This document shows, piece by piece, positions 38,425 to 50,330 of a stretch of DNA of 64,000 nucleotides. Position numbers and translations under genes: made by a program. This stretch comes from Octopus sinensis (lineage: Eukaryota), in contig NC_043005.1 in assembly GCF_006345805.1 (NCBI RefSeq), positions 54,374,001-54,438,000 on the forward strand, given 5' to 3'. Numbering within the stretch: position 1 is the first letter of the stretch; every line of letters starts with the position of its first letter. Below the pieces are notes generated by a model. The model searched no databases. It worked only from the letters and a program-made list of their open reading frames with translations, and was not told the origin of the DNA.

Positions 38425-38851
38425 CTTTTACTCTTTACTCTTTTACTCTTTACTCTTTTACTTGTTTCAGTCATTTGACTGCGGCCATGCTGAAGCACCG
38501 CCTTTAGTCGAGCAAATCGACCCCGGGACTTATTCTTTGTAAGCCCAGTACTTATTCTATCGGTCTCTCTTTTGCCGAACCGCTAAGTGACGGGGACGTA
38601 AACACACCAGCATCGGTTGTCAAGCGATTTGGGGGGGACAAACACAGACACACAAACACACACACACGCATATACATATATATACATATATACGACAGGC
38701 TTCTTTCAGTTTCCGTCTACCAAATCCACTCACAAGGCATTGGTCGGCCCGGGGCTGTAGCAGAAGACCCTTGCCCAAGATGCCACACAGTGGGACTGAA
38801 CCCGGAATCATGTGGCTGGTTAGCAAGCTACTTACCACACAGCCACTCCTG
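38421..38851 (-). mobile_element. SINE family A, full length, apparently the least diverged copy
   Basis: CpG-rich reverse copy with a five-unit (TACTCTTT)n tail. Confidence 0.9.
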
Positions 38852-39535
38852 TATATATATATATATATATTGTGTGTGTATGCACACACACACACACATA
38901 ATGGCTTGAATCAAGAATCTACTCAGAAAACCGAACCAAGAACTGCATAGTTCCAAAGCAAACAGTTCACCTAGACACTCATGCCAGTGCCCATTGGTAT
39001 ATTCATCTCAGTATAAACCATCATCAGATATTGCCTATTTAAAACAGATTATAAGATTCCATGGATCACAGTCTTGGTCTTTCCCAAGTTGTCCTAGTAC
39101 AATTATTGCTCAGTTCTCGATAGTATTCATGTCCACTTCATGGTACTATCCATCTGCATATTTCTTAGTTTTGTTCTCTTCCTCTCTTCCCATTTATTTT
39201 GCAGTCTATTAACTATGTCTGTGAATAATTTATTCTTATTAAGTTTCCAAAATATCTTGGTTCTCCTCTTTGTTGGTGTTTTAATGATATACAGAATGGT
39301 CACAGACATAACAATATGAAAATGAATGTTTTACTACATTAACAATGAAATGATTGGAAAATTGGCTGAATGAGAAAGCAGCCGTAATCTGTGATTCATC
39401 ATTTGCTTATTGCCAAAAGCTTGCATGGGACATGACAGTCCAAAGATGAATAGCACAGTAAGTTCTGCTCGTGTAGCAGTTTCACTGGATAGACTCTGTA
39501 GCTATATATAAATGAGACAGAGAGAGAGAGAGAAG

Positions 39536-39568
<33 letters not shown>

Positions 39569-39713
39569 CTGTCTGTCTGTCTGTTTGTGTGAATGAATGA
39601 ATACAAGACTCAGTAACCATTGGCAGCCATTCAGTCACTTGTGGGGTAGAATCTTTATGCTGACAAATTGAGTTGAGCATCATCATCATCATGACAAATT
39701 GAGTTGAGCAACG

Positions 39714-39829
39714 TCATCATCATCATCATCATCATCATCGTATAACGTCTGTTTTCCATGCTAGCATGGGTTGGACGGTTCGACCAGGGTCTGGGAAGCC
39801 AGGAGGCTGCATCAGGCTCCAGTCTGATC
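39714..39829 (-). mobile_element. Family G retroelement 3' end
   Basis: (CAT)n..TTTTCCATGCTAGCATGGGTTGGACGG..CTCCAGTCTGATC. Confidence 0.75.
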
Positions 39830-39830
39830 C

Positions 39831-40294
39831 GACAAGAGGTGCAGATGAGCGAAGTGGAATGAAACTTCCTCATACGCCAAATAGGCCAAATGGGCCATCC
39901 GTGAGTTATGGTTTAGTTCAGTTGATTATCACTGAAGATTTGGGTATGAGATGTGTCTCTGCTACATTTGTGCCAAAACTGCTTTCAGATGACCAGAAAG
40001 ACACTTGGGTTTCAGTTGCACAAGATCACCTTGACTGTATCAAGAACAATGAAATCTTCTTGAAAACTTCATGTAGGCAAAATTTGATGTAGACTCTCTG
40101 CTCAGCTATCTCTGTCATGGTCAATGTGATGATCACACTCTACACATGTTTCTTCCAAGCACTGCTGTAAATGGCAGAAGTGAGTTAGAATGTTAAAACT
40201 TAGTGTGCACACACAGCAGATTATAGGGCCAATCTGTGCCAAACGGCTCGACTCTGTGTGCTTTAGCTTCATTACTATGGCACCAGACCTCGTA
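39831..40294 (+). mobile_element. Mariner remnant (internal transposase piece plus one terminus)
   Basis: VSYGLVQLIITEDLGMRCVSATFVPKLLSDDQK (WVP/FVPKLL region). The end reads ..CCAGACCTCG-TA, like a mariner terminus with a TA target. Confidence 0.7.
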
Positions 40295-40375
40295 TATGCA
40301 TATATATACATAGATAGATAGATAGATATACATACATACATTCATATATATAATATATATATATATATATACATA

Positions 40376-40893
40376 TGGTGGCTGCCCCCTCGTTATCAAG
40401 TATGGCCATTGCACGAAGCTTAATCAATGTTGTTATCGTGCAATGCCTGTGCAAGAAGATTTTTTAAAGTGAGGAAAAGCTGTGCACTGAGTCAATCCCA
40501 CTCACTAAACAACACCAGCCATAATCCGAAAAGAAGAACAAGTCAACATCATCGGTAACCACTGAGCCACAGGTGTTATGTCGGAGTTATCCCAGTTACC
40601 TGAGTAACCTTCTCCTAGAGGGATGCCCTAACAAAGGCTAGGAGTCCTTCACTCAATGGTTTAACCGTGCGATTGGGTATTCAGTCCGATTATTTCTATG
40701 TCCTCGTGCATGATACATCCTTAATACATTTATTGGATGGCCGTTGACTCTCAAGAGTTCCTCTGCCCTTTAACGGGTTTTGTTTTTCATCCCCGCAGGG
40801 TGTCCAATAAACACCCTCCTCACCAAGCAAGCTTGGTGGGGTTGCCGGTTTAGTCGACGACGACCCGACCATGCAACAGGTTGTACTGGGTTA
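40376..40893. mobile_element. Unclassified GC-richer, hairpin-rich interspersed element (possibly RTE-derived, non-autonomous)
   Basis: Sharp CpG/GC step between TA arrays; hairpins AGGGTGT-ccaataa-ACACCCT and CCTCACCAAGC-aa-GCTTGGTGGGG; no clear ORF. The family idea is recollection only. Confidence 0.4.
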
Positions 40894-41042
40894 CATGTTA
40901 CCAGTATGTATATATATATATATAATATATATATATTATATTAAATTAGAGACAAAACCACTATTAGGCAAATTATTCCCTAATATTTATTATTATATTA
41001 TATATATTATATATGTGTGTATATATACATACATATATATAC

Positions 41043-41100
<58 letters not shown>

Positions 41101-41149
41101 ATACATATGCGCACACACATGCACAGCCAAATAAATAGATATACAGATT

Positions 41150-41540
41150 CTTTTATTTGCTTCAGTCATTTGACCTCGGCCATGCTGGAGCACCACCTTT
41201 AGTTGCACAAATTGATCCCAGGACTTATTCTTTGTAAGCCTAGTACTTTTGCTGAACAGCTAAGCTACAGGGACATGAACACACCAACCTCGGTTGTCAA
41301 GCGATGGTGGGGGTGGGGGGACAAACACAGACACACAGACATACACACACATACAAATAACTTAGCTGCTTGGCAAAAGTACTAGATTTACAAAGAATAA
41401 GTCCTGGGATCAATTTGTTCAACTACAGGTTGAGCTCCAGCATGGCTGCAATCAAATGACTGAAGCAAATAAAAGAATCTTATAACTATTTATTTCCCTG
41501 TGTATGTGCGTGCGTATATTGCATACACACACATATATGA

Positions 41541-41578
<38 letters not shown>

Positions 41579-41745
41579 CATATGATGGGCTTCTTTCAGT
41601 TTCTATCTACCAAATCTGCTCACAAGGCTTTGGTCGGCCCTAGGATATAGTAGAAGACACTTGCTCAAGGTACCATGCTGTGGGACTGAACCTGGAACCA
41701 TGGGGTCGGTAAGCAAGCTACTTACCATACAGCCATTCCTGCACC
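41150..41745. mobile_element. Cluster of SINE family A pieces (41150-41345 minus, 41350-41480 plus, 41585-41745 minus)
   Basis: Matches to 30777-31203 in both orientations. Confidence 0.75.
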
Positions 41746-42249
41746 TATGATATAAATATTAACAAACAAACACATGTACTTATTTCTCTTTCCAAAATAT
41801 GTATGCATGTGTATGTGAGTGTTATACATATACTGCTCTGTATGCATATGGACACACGAATATATATATATATATAGATACAAATATGCAATATATATGT
41901 ATATGTATAGATATATATATTCTGGTCTTCTAAAACAGGATTTCAAAAATATAATTTGTTAATCTAATGCTCTTAAAACAATATTTATTGCTGCCCATGA
42001 GATTAATTTTATTTTTACACTGTGAAACAAAAATATAAATGAATAAAAATAAAAATGATTTTAAAACATTTCAAAATTTAAGCCTTAGTTTATAAAGATA
42101 TTTATTCTACTATAGCCACTAACATATTATATTGTTTTGATTTGATATGGCGGCATTTTCATCTTTCGGGGTTCTAATATTATTTTGGTAGTAGTGATAA
42201 AAGTAAATTAATATCTCTTTGCATTGCAAAAACGGAAAAGGTAGAAAAC

Positions 42250-42333
42250 TAATAACAACAATAATAATGATAATAAATAACAATATTAATAATAATGATG
42301 ATAATAATAATGATGATAATAATAATAATAATA

Positions 42334-42368
<35 letters not shown>

Positions 42369-42412
42369 GTAATAATAATAATAATAATGATAATAATGAT
42401 AATGATAGCAGC
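42250..42412. repeat. (AAT)n/(GAT)n microsatellite
   Basis: Direct reading. Confidence 0.95.
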
Positions 42413-42895
42413 AACAACAATCAAAATGGAAATGAAACTTAAATTGAAAGCAAAGTTAGAAATCAATAGCAAAATTATATTTTACTTTTATAACTTTTAA
42501 CCGATTTGTCAAAGATAATTTGATTCATAGCGTAATGTGTGCTTTCTTCCCTTTATATTTATGTAGTGTGTATGTATATGTATGTATGTATATATATATA
42601 TATATATATGTATATGTATGTATATATATATATATATATGTATATGTATAAGCAGATAAATAGGTAGATAGACAGACAGGTAGATAGACACAGAACCAGA
42701 GAGAGATGTATACATGTATATACTTATATTTGAATAGGCACAAATGTGCGTTTGCATGCACATATTTATCCATTTATGTTTATCTTGAAACATTGGTGCA
42801 TTTAACTGCATGCTTATATATTCTTAATGCATATGCATGCACATGTACATATACAAGTACATACATGTATGCATGTGTTTATTTGAACAGACATC

Positions 42896-42940
<45 letters not shown>

Positions 42941-42943
42941 TGC

Positions 42944-43430
42944 ACAGGTGTGGCTGTGTGGTAAGAAGCTTGCTTCCCAGCCACATAGTTCTGGGTTCAG
43001 TCCCACTGTGTGGCACCTTGGTTAAGTATTTTCTACTATAGCCTCAAGCCAACCAAAGCCTTGTTAGTGGATTTGCTATAGGGAAACTGAAAGAAGCCTG
43101 TTGCATATATATATATGTATGTATGCATGTATGTATGTATGTACGTATGTATGTATGTATGTATGTATGTATGTATGTATGTATGTACGCATGTATGTAT
43201 GTATGTATGTATATGTTTATTTGTCTGTGTCTGTCCCCCTACTATCATTTGACAACTGACAATGGTGTGTTTATGTCCCCATAACTTAGCAGTTCAGTAA
43301 AAGAGACTGATAGACTAACTACTAGGCTTACAAAGAATAAGTCTTGGGGTTGATTTTTTTCGACTGAAGGCAGTGCTCCAGCATGGCCAGAGTCAAATGA
43401 CTGAAAGAAATGAAAGAACTCAAGAATAGA
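42944..43430 (+). mobile_element. SINE family A with expanded internal (TATG)n
   Basis: Head 42944-43100, microsatellite 43105-43215, body to 43430. Confidence 0.8.
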
Positions 43431-43496
43431 GGAACACACACAAATTTACCTGTATAGAAACGTATGTATAAATATATATGGATATAGATATACTTG

Positions 43497-43601
43497 GAAG
43501 AAGAAGAAGAAGAAGAAGAAGAAGAAGAAGAAGAAGAAGAAGAAGAAGAAGAAGAAGAAGACGAAGGGGAGGAGGAGGAGGAGGAGGAAAGCAGGAAGGG
43601 G
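43497..43601. repeat. (GAA)n about 21 units, plus (GGA)n polypurine tract
   Basis: Direct reading. Confidence 0.95.
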
Positions 43602-43729
43602 ACAATGTTAACAATAATAACAACAACAACAACATCAACAGCAAAGTATCTATAAAAAATATATATAATTTTATAATTATATATAATTATATATGATTAT
43701 ATATAATTGAATGCTTTCTGCTTTCACAG

Positions 43730-43804
43730 GTCTATTTCTATATAATGATCAAACTTGTTTTTAAGCAATGTTTTAATGCTGAAAGCCATAATGTTCTCCT
43801 TGAA
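43730..43804 (+). CDS. Candidate internal exon (75 nt, phase 0-0; VYFYIMIKLVFKQCFNAESHNVLLE), unassigned
   Basis: Acceptor GCTTTCTGCTTTCACAG, donor GAA|GTGAGT, only one frame open. Confidence 0.25.
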
Positions 43805-45306
43805 GTGAGTTCTATCGACATAGTGTAGTTTTGTAATACCAAGACTGTCTTAACAACTTGAACACATCACATGTCATGTAAAAGATTCAATCAACACTGT
43901 TAGTTTTAATGGTGATAATCTAGAAGCATAATTCTATTGGGTTTTCTTTTATTCCGCTCCGATAATGTAACCTCTTGTGTGATATGTTTGTGTGTTTGTT
44001 AATGTCACCCTATTATTATTGTAATTATGTATTGTATTATTGTATTATTATTACTTCATCTGCCATCCTGTTCAGACATTAATAAGTACTAAGCCTGCAA
44101 CAGCAGCAGCTTCTAATGCTGCATATCAATGCTTGCCAAATAGTGTGTTCTAACATGCTGGTATTTGCTTTTAGATACAGCTATGTATGCTGTAGAAATA
44201 TTAAAATTGCAAATACTAAAATATAAAATATGTACTTTTAAAATATGTAGAATGGAAAATTAACTTCTTGACACCATAAAAAGTCTATAAAAACTTTGAA
44301 AGAATGCGAAATAACTCTTTTAAATAGTAGCATATAATTAGTGGTTTGAAAAACTCTTTTGGTTAGAAAAAGCGAAGACTGCCCTTTGCACTTGAACCCA
44401 TGTCTCCTGTAGACATGACAGGCATTCAACCAATGTACAAATCAATCCTTTGAATTTCTCCATGCATTTTAGAAACCCTATTCTTTCTAGAGAGAATTGT
44501 ATGTTGTTGACGTCATAAGAATTTATATATTTCTCTCATGATATCTACTGCAGTATAGTTTGTACTAACAGAACGTTTACATTTAAGCGTAGATAAATAT
44601 TACCTTTCTATATGTATTATGATCTACTATTTATAGCTATATTATCTATATTGGTATCAAACATACTTTATAAGAGATGTATTTTTATATTCTTTTATAC
44701 TTTAAAAAATTTGAAAAATTCAAATTAAATTCATTTATTGTATGAAAAAATATTTATGAATTCCCTGCAGTAAATTTTGTAAATCATTCACATTTATAGA
44801 CTAAAATCGATAATTATTATTTCTTTTTAAAAACTGCTTTTTATTTTATGCACAAAGTGTACTGAAATTACTTTTATATGCTCTAAAGGGCAGCATGAGT
44901 AAATGAAAAACATTTGAAAATCACTCTATTCTATGTTTAATTGTTTAAAAACTAAACTATTTGTGTTTGCTTGAATTGTTGGAAACAGAAACCAGATCTC
45001 TTACTAATTGCACTCTTCTAACTTAATGAAAAAGGCACAGAAAGACACAGCAGATAATGAATTTTAGATACTCTTAAAAAGATGGAACATTCATTACTAC
45101 AACGTCTTTGATCATAGTTTTGTTTAATCAGTGCTGATCTGGTTTAAACAAAATATCAACAGCAACAGTTGTTTAAGTATACCTCTCTGTATTACAGTAA
45201 TTTTATATATTTTGATCTCTGTGACTATCATTTTTACTGAACTCTGCTTTGGACATTACACTATGCTTCATATATAGACAAGTATTCTGCTGAGATTTTT
45301 GTATGA

Positions 45307-45478
45307 TTGGCGTTAGGAAGGGGGATTGGCGTTAGGAAGGGCATCCAGCTGTAGAAACACTGCCAGATCAGACTGGAGCCTGGTGCAGCCTTCTGGCTTC
45401 CCAGACCCCAGTTGAACCATCCAACCCATGCCAGCATGGAAAGCGGACGTTAAATGATGATGATGATGATGATGATGT
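45307..45478 (+). mobile_element. Family G retroelement 3' end with duplicated 5' end
   Basis: GATTGGCGTTAGGAAGGG occurs twice in tandem at the 5' junction; ends GGACGTTAAAT(GAT)n. Confidence 0.85.
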
Positions 45479-45844
45479 AATGTTGCAGAAAAGGTTTTAA
45501 TGAACTCTTTTTTAAATATTTCCTAGAAAACATTAAGTGAATATTGTTTTGAAATATAACATCTCAACTTGTTGAATCACAGTTATTTCACATACATATG
45601 CACGTGCATATACATTCACAAAACAAGCACATACACACACACACACACACGATTACATACATAAATGCACATGCACACATTCAGATACACATATGCATGA
45701 TATGTACGTACATGCATGCATGATGTGTACATACTACACACATACATACAGATATAAGTAACATATGGAAACTGGTATTAAGGAAGGACAGGAAAATATT
45801 AGATTAATAAGCCCTAAAATTCACTCCATAGTTACCCACTCCAA

Positions 45845-46030
45845 GATACCAAGTTCGATTCCAGGCCATGACCGGAATAATAATAATAACAACATCGGAA
45901 AAATACCTTAGGAATGAGAACCTAGGTTCGAAATTCCCCCAGGACACCTGATGAAGGCTGGAGAGTACATCAAACAAGATGAGGACAAATGTCCATCAAA
46001 TGTAAATAATGTACATAATTCCTCATCTCT
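45845..46030 (+). mobile_element. SINE-like repeat containing a half hammerhead core
   Basis: B-box-like GTTCGATTCC at 45853; CTGATGA-A-GGCTG at 45948-45960 with no downstream CAGCC-GAAA. Confidence 0.45.
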
Positions 46031-46069
46031 GTAATCTGTCCCAGATTATAAACAACATCTCTGCAATAA

Positions 46070-46410
46070 AATAATGCATACACAGCAATACATCAAACTT
46101 GTAACAAGTACAAACATAAAAGAATTGATGTTGCTATTTGGGATAGGAAACAAAAGTGATGTACAATCATAGAGGTTAGCCACACTAAAGATATAAACAT
46201 CTTTTCCAAAATCAGCAACAAGAATATCTTGAAGCCTCTTTGATTATAAACCATCATTGATAATAAGTGCCTAGTCACTTATTATCTGGAAGAGTTTGAA
46301 TTTATGTTATTCGGTATAGAATGAATGCTAAAAATAGAATTTAGTATAAAACAATAGGAAACTAAACATCATCTAACAATGCTCTGAAAGCTACTCACCT
46401 GATGACATGC
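46070..46410 (+). mobile_element. RLE-type (R4/Dong/NeSL-like) LINE C-terminal fragment
   Basis: KHKRIDVAIWDRKQK*CTIIEVSHTKDINI resembles the PD-x-E restriction-like endonuclease motif (RPDIVIWD..CTIIEVS) of early-branching non-LTR elements. Confidence 0.7.
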
Positions 46411-46574
46411 TGGTACACAGGTGCTGGATTATATTTATTTATATAATATTTATATAATAATATGATATGTAAAATTCAGCAGCTAACAGCTATTACCAAT
46501 GCCCAGAACCATTTGTCGTGATTTATAATTAGAACTTGTTCATTCCATCTTCTGGTTTTATGAATTTTTACATG

Positions 46575-48037
46575 CATACAATCTCACTCACCTCCCACAT
46601 CATTAAAGTGTTTGAAAGAGTGTTAGATCAAGGATAGCTGACTTCCTGGAGACCCACAAACTCCTGCAAATGCATAGCAGGGACCGCGTGTGGCAACAGG
46701 GTCTTTACAGCTCTTACATACCACATTGAAGATGTACTCAAAGTCTCTGGGAACAGGTTCGAACTCTGACATCATATATCTTGACTTCAGTAAAGCGTTC
46801 GAAGGGTAGACCATAACATCCTACTCTCAAAATTGGCAAACGTTGGAATCCGTGGAAAGTTCTACACTGGATTAAGTATTTCCTGGCGAATAGAACACAA
46901 CATGTTGTAGTTGATGGAGTCCACTCAAACCCAGCAAAAGTCACCAGCGGTGTGTTCCCCAGGGAACTGTTTTGGGTCCGCTACTCTTCATAATTTACGT
47001 AAACGACCTTTCCAGTGCCGTACATTACTGCAAAGTGAAAATATTTGCTGATGACACTAAGCTCCAGCAAATCGTCAATGAAGAAGCAGACCGAACTCAA
47101 CTCCAGTCTGATCTATATGCTGTGAGTCAATGGGCAGACAGAAACAAAATGCAACTGAATGAGGAAAATTTGAGCTGATGCATTTTGGAAGAAATTCCTC
47201 ACTAAAACAACCATACTCTCTTCCTTCAGAGGAACCGCTCACAGCCTCTAACAATATCAGAGACCGGGGTGTGTGTAATTGTTGATGACGATCTCAGTTG
47301 GAGTGCACACATCAACAAGAAGGTCGATATAGCTCGTAGGATGAGTTCCTGGATCTTAAGAACTTTCCGGTCCAGAGAACAAGGTGTCATCATACCACTT
47401 TTTTCCTCCTTTGTACGGCCACACCTTGAATACTGCTGCCCACTGTGGTCTCCTCACACAAGACAAAACATCTCCAGAATTGAGTCACCCCAGAGGGCAC
47501 TCACTAAACAAATTGAAGGCATGGCTGCTCTCGATTATTGGGATCACCTTAAAGCCTTGAAACTTTACTCCCTCCAGTGTCGCCGTGAGCGGTACATCAT
47601 TTGTACGATGTGGAAAATATACCACCAACTTTGCCCAAACGACCTAAACATTAGCTTCAAGGTTCATCCAAGACTTGGACCATGGGCTATACGTCCCCTG
47701 CCCAATTCAAGATCACAACATACATGTACACTGCAACATAATTTCTTTTCCTCAACAGGCCCTGCCCTATTTAACATTGCCCTGAGGGAGATCAAAGAGG
47801 AAAAGGATCCCATCAACTTTAAACAGAGTCTGGATAGATTTCTTCAAAGAATACCAGATAAGCCACCCATAATTGGATACAACTCACCCAACAAGAACTC
47901 ACTACTTGAACAAAACTTGACTTAAACAAAACTTGACTTAAACAGGATTCGAATAATCCTATCAAGTGGTGCAATTAAGTTAGACATGGCCTGGACCAAT
48001 CTTTGGTCGAAACATATCTAAGTTTATCTAAGTTTAT
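46575..48037 (+). mobile_element. CR1-clade LINE, 5'-truncated (RT to 3' end), frameshifted
   Basis: SLTSHIIKVFER, IYLDFSKAF, QGTVLGPLLFIIYVND, IFADDTKL, VRPHLEYCCPLWSPH, LYSLQCRRER; terminal tandem CTAAGTTTAT x2. Confidence 0.9.
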
Positions 48038-49062
48038 ATATAACAACTAAAAGACAGAAGATGGAATATACGGGAACATATTATTAATCACAATTGTTTC
48101 GACACATCCAGCATTGACTCCTCTTGTGGCACACACAAAAAACTGGTACAGGAGCATCGAGCAATGCAGACGTATCTTGTCAGGTGATAAATAAATAAAA
48201 AATCTCATTTAAATGACAGTTCCATAATGCAACTCTTCATTTTGCAGAGAGAAAAACAGCTAGACAGAGGAAAATTCTTCATATATATAGAAGATCCAAA
48301 AATAAAATTTCAGAAGACAAAAAGAGAAACAAACTTAATCCAGCGAGAAAAGTATTGAAAATAACTGTTAACTGATATGGATGTATAAACGCCCTTGGCC
48401 AAGCAGCATATATATATATATATATACTATCATCATCATCATTTAACATCCATTTTCCATGCATATATACATGAGTAGCATACTGATGTTATCTACATTC
48501 CAAGAAAAGAATCTTGTTTCTTGGTTAGAAACCAGCTCTTTTGTCATTGTGAAAAGCTCAAAAAATAAACTAGATCATATTTATATATACATAAATAAAT
48601 AGATACATACACACACACACACATACACACATATTCGCATACATATAATACTCATACAAAAATATCCATAAAAAACACAAACACATCACATGGGTTAGAC
48701 ATTCATGAGAATTAAAGAATTTCTGAATAATTATCCAATCACAGAATTAGAAGATAATTGATACTGACACATATAATTTACATAAATGGTTTGGTGATAA
48801 AAACATTTAACCATGATGTGATATATTTGTTAATAATTGACCAACACACTGTGAAAATGGTAGCAATGAGGGAGGGGCTGAACTGAATGCTTAAGAATGT
48901 TTATAAAAAGAATATCTACATCATGAGATCAAATTCTACTCAAGCTAAGTTTAAGTATCATATATCTGAGAATCAATATATCAAATACTAAAAGGATACT
49001 GATTTCAGGGCAGACAACTATATCTCTGCCCTTTATATACCTCACCCTAAATGGTGACTATA

Positions 49063-49321
49063 AATAAAATAAATGCACCCTTTTAAAGCCTAGCCAGGCT
49101 CATGAGCCCAGTTTCCTGGTTTCTATGGCGTATGTATTCCCCAGCCAGATGGAATGTCAGTCCATCGTAGCGTTACTCATTTTTCCCAGCTGAGTGGACT
49201 GGAGCGATGTGAAATGAAGTGTTTTGCTCAAGAACACAATGTGTCACCCGGTACAGGAATCGAAACCACAATCATATGATCATGATGCCGACACGCTAAT
49301 CACTAAGCCACATGCCTCCAC
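49063..49321 (-). mobile_element. SINE family C, full length
   Basis: Reverse match to 13831-14081; 14-bp TSD AAATGGTGACTATA / AAACGGTGACTATA (49049-49062, 49322-49335). Confidence 0.85.
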
Positions 49322-49760
49322 AAACGGTGACTATATCTCACCCTAGATGGTGATCATGAATTGATGTTTCATTAGAGAAAAATGGACATCATCAATTGAT
49401 GTTTCAAAGAATTTACATTGAAACTGCCATCATTCAATTGATGCCTGAGCATCTACTTCCTCAAATATACCGAAGTGTATGTGGCCCTTATCAATGGAAG
49501 AAAATCAAGTTGCAAATGGAAGATTTATACAGAAATTAAGAACCTTTTTACTGATTGTCCTTTCATTGTCAGATGAAGTAGATGTTTATAATGATGCTCT
49601 AGATAGCACAGAAGAAAGCAATACTTCAACTTGTTCTGGATGAAAAAAGTGAACCAGTTTCTCTCCATTTGTACATTCATTTAACAACAACAATGTAGAA
49701 ATCTCAAATGAATTTATGCTTATGCTGGATGCAAAGGAAAATGAATATTTTATGGCACTC

Positions 49761-50330
49761 AAGGTAGTGAACTGGCAGAATCAGAATGAAGGTGGTGAGC
49801 TGGCAGAAACGTTAGCATGCCAGGCGAAATGCGCAACCGCATTTCGTCTGCCGTTATGTTCTGAGTTCAAATTCCGCTGAAGTCGACTTTGCCTTTCATC
49901 CTTTCGGGGTTGATTAAATAAGTACCAGTTACACACTGGGGTCGATATAATCGACTTAATCCGTTTGTCTGTCCTTGTTTGTCCTCTCTGTGTTTAGCCC
50001 CTTGTGGGTAGTAAAGAAATAGGTATTTCATCTGCTGTTATGTTCTGAGGTCAATGTAATCGACTTAATCCCTTTGTCTGTCCTTGTTTGTCCCCTCTAT
50101 GTTTAGCCCCTTGTGGGCAGTAAAGAAATAAGAATCAGTAGCATGCTAGGCAAATGCTTAGCAGTATTTTGTCCATCTTTAGATCCTGAGTTTAAATTCC
50201 AGCAAGGTCGACTTTGCCATTCATCCTCTCGAGGTCAATAAAATAAGTACCAGTTGTGCACTGGGGTCAATGTAATCAACTTCACTCCCTCCCCTAAAAT
50301 TGCTGGCCTTGATCCAAAATTTGAAACCAA
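49761..50330 (+). mobile_element. Old SINE D interrupted by a young dimeric SINE D (49785-50130)
   Basis: 8-bp TSD AGAATCAG at 49777-49784 and 50131-50138; the old copy resumes after it. Confidence 0.8.

Noticed and set aside
47985-48015. GACCA-ATCTT-TGGTC-GAAAC at the CR1 3' end, as a hammerhead
   Set aside because: There is no CUGANGA core upstream; it is more simply the LINE 3' stem-loop.
48049-49640. Phase-compatible exon chain 48049-48182 plus 49572-49640 (..RRILS-DEVDVYNDALDSTEESNTSTCSG*)
   Set aside because: The first acceptor is purine-rich and abuts the CR1 tail, the opposite strand is equally open, and the second segment could be a piggyBac-like acidic N-terminus; not supportable.
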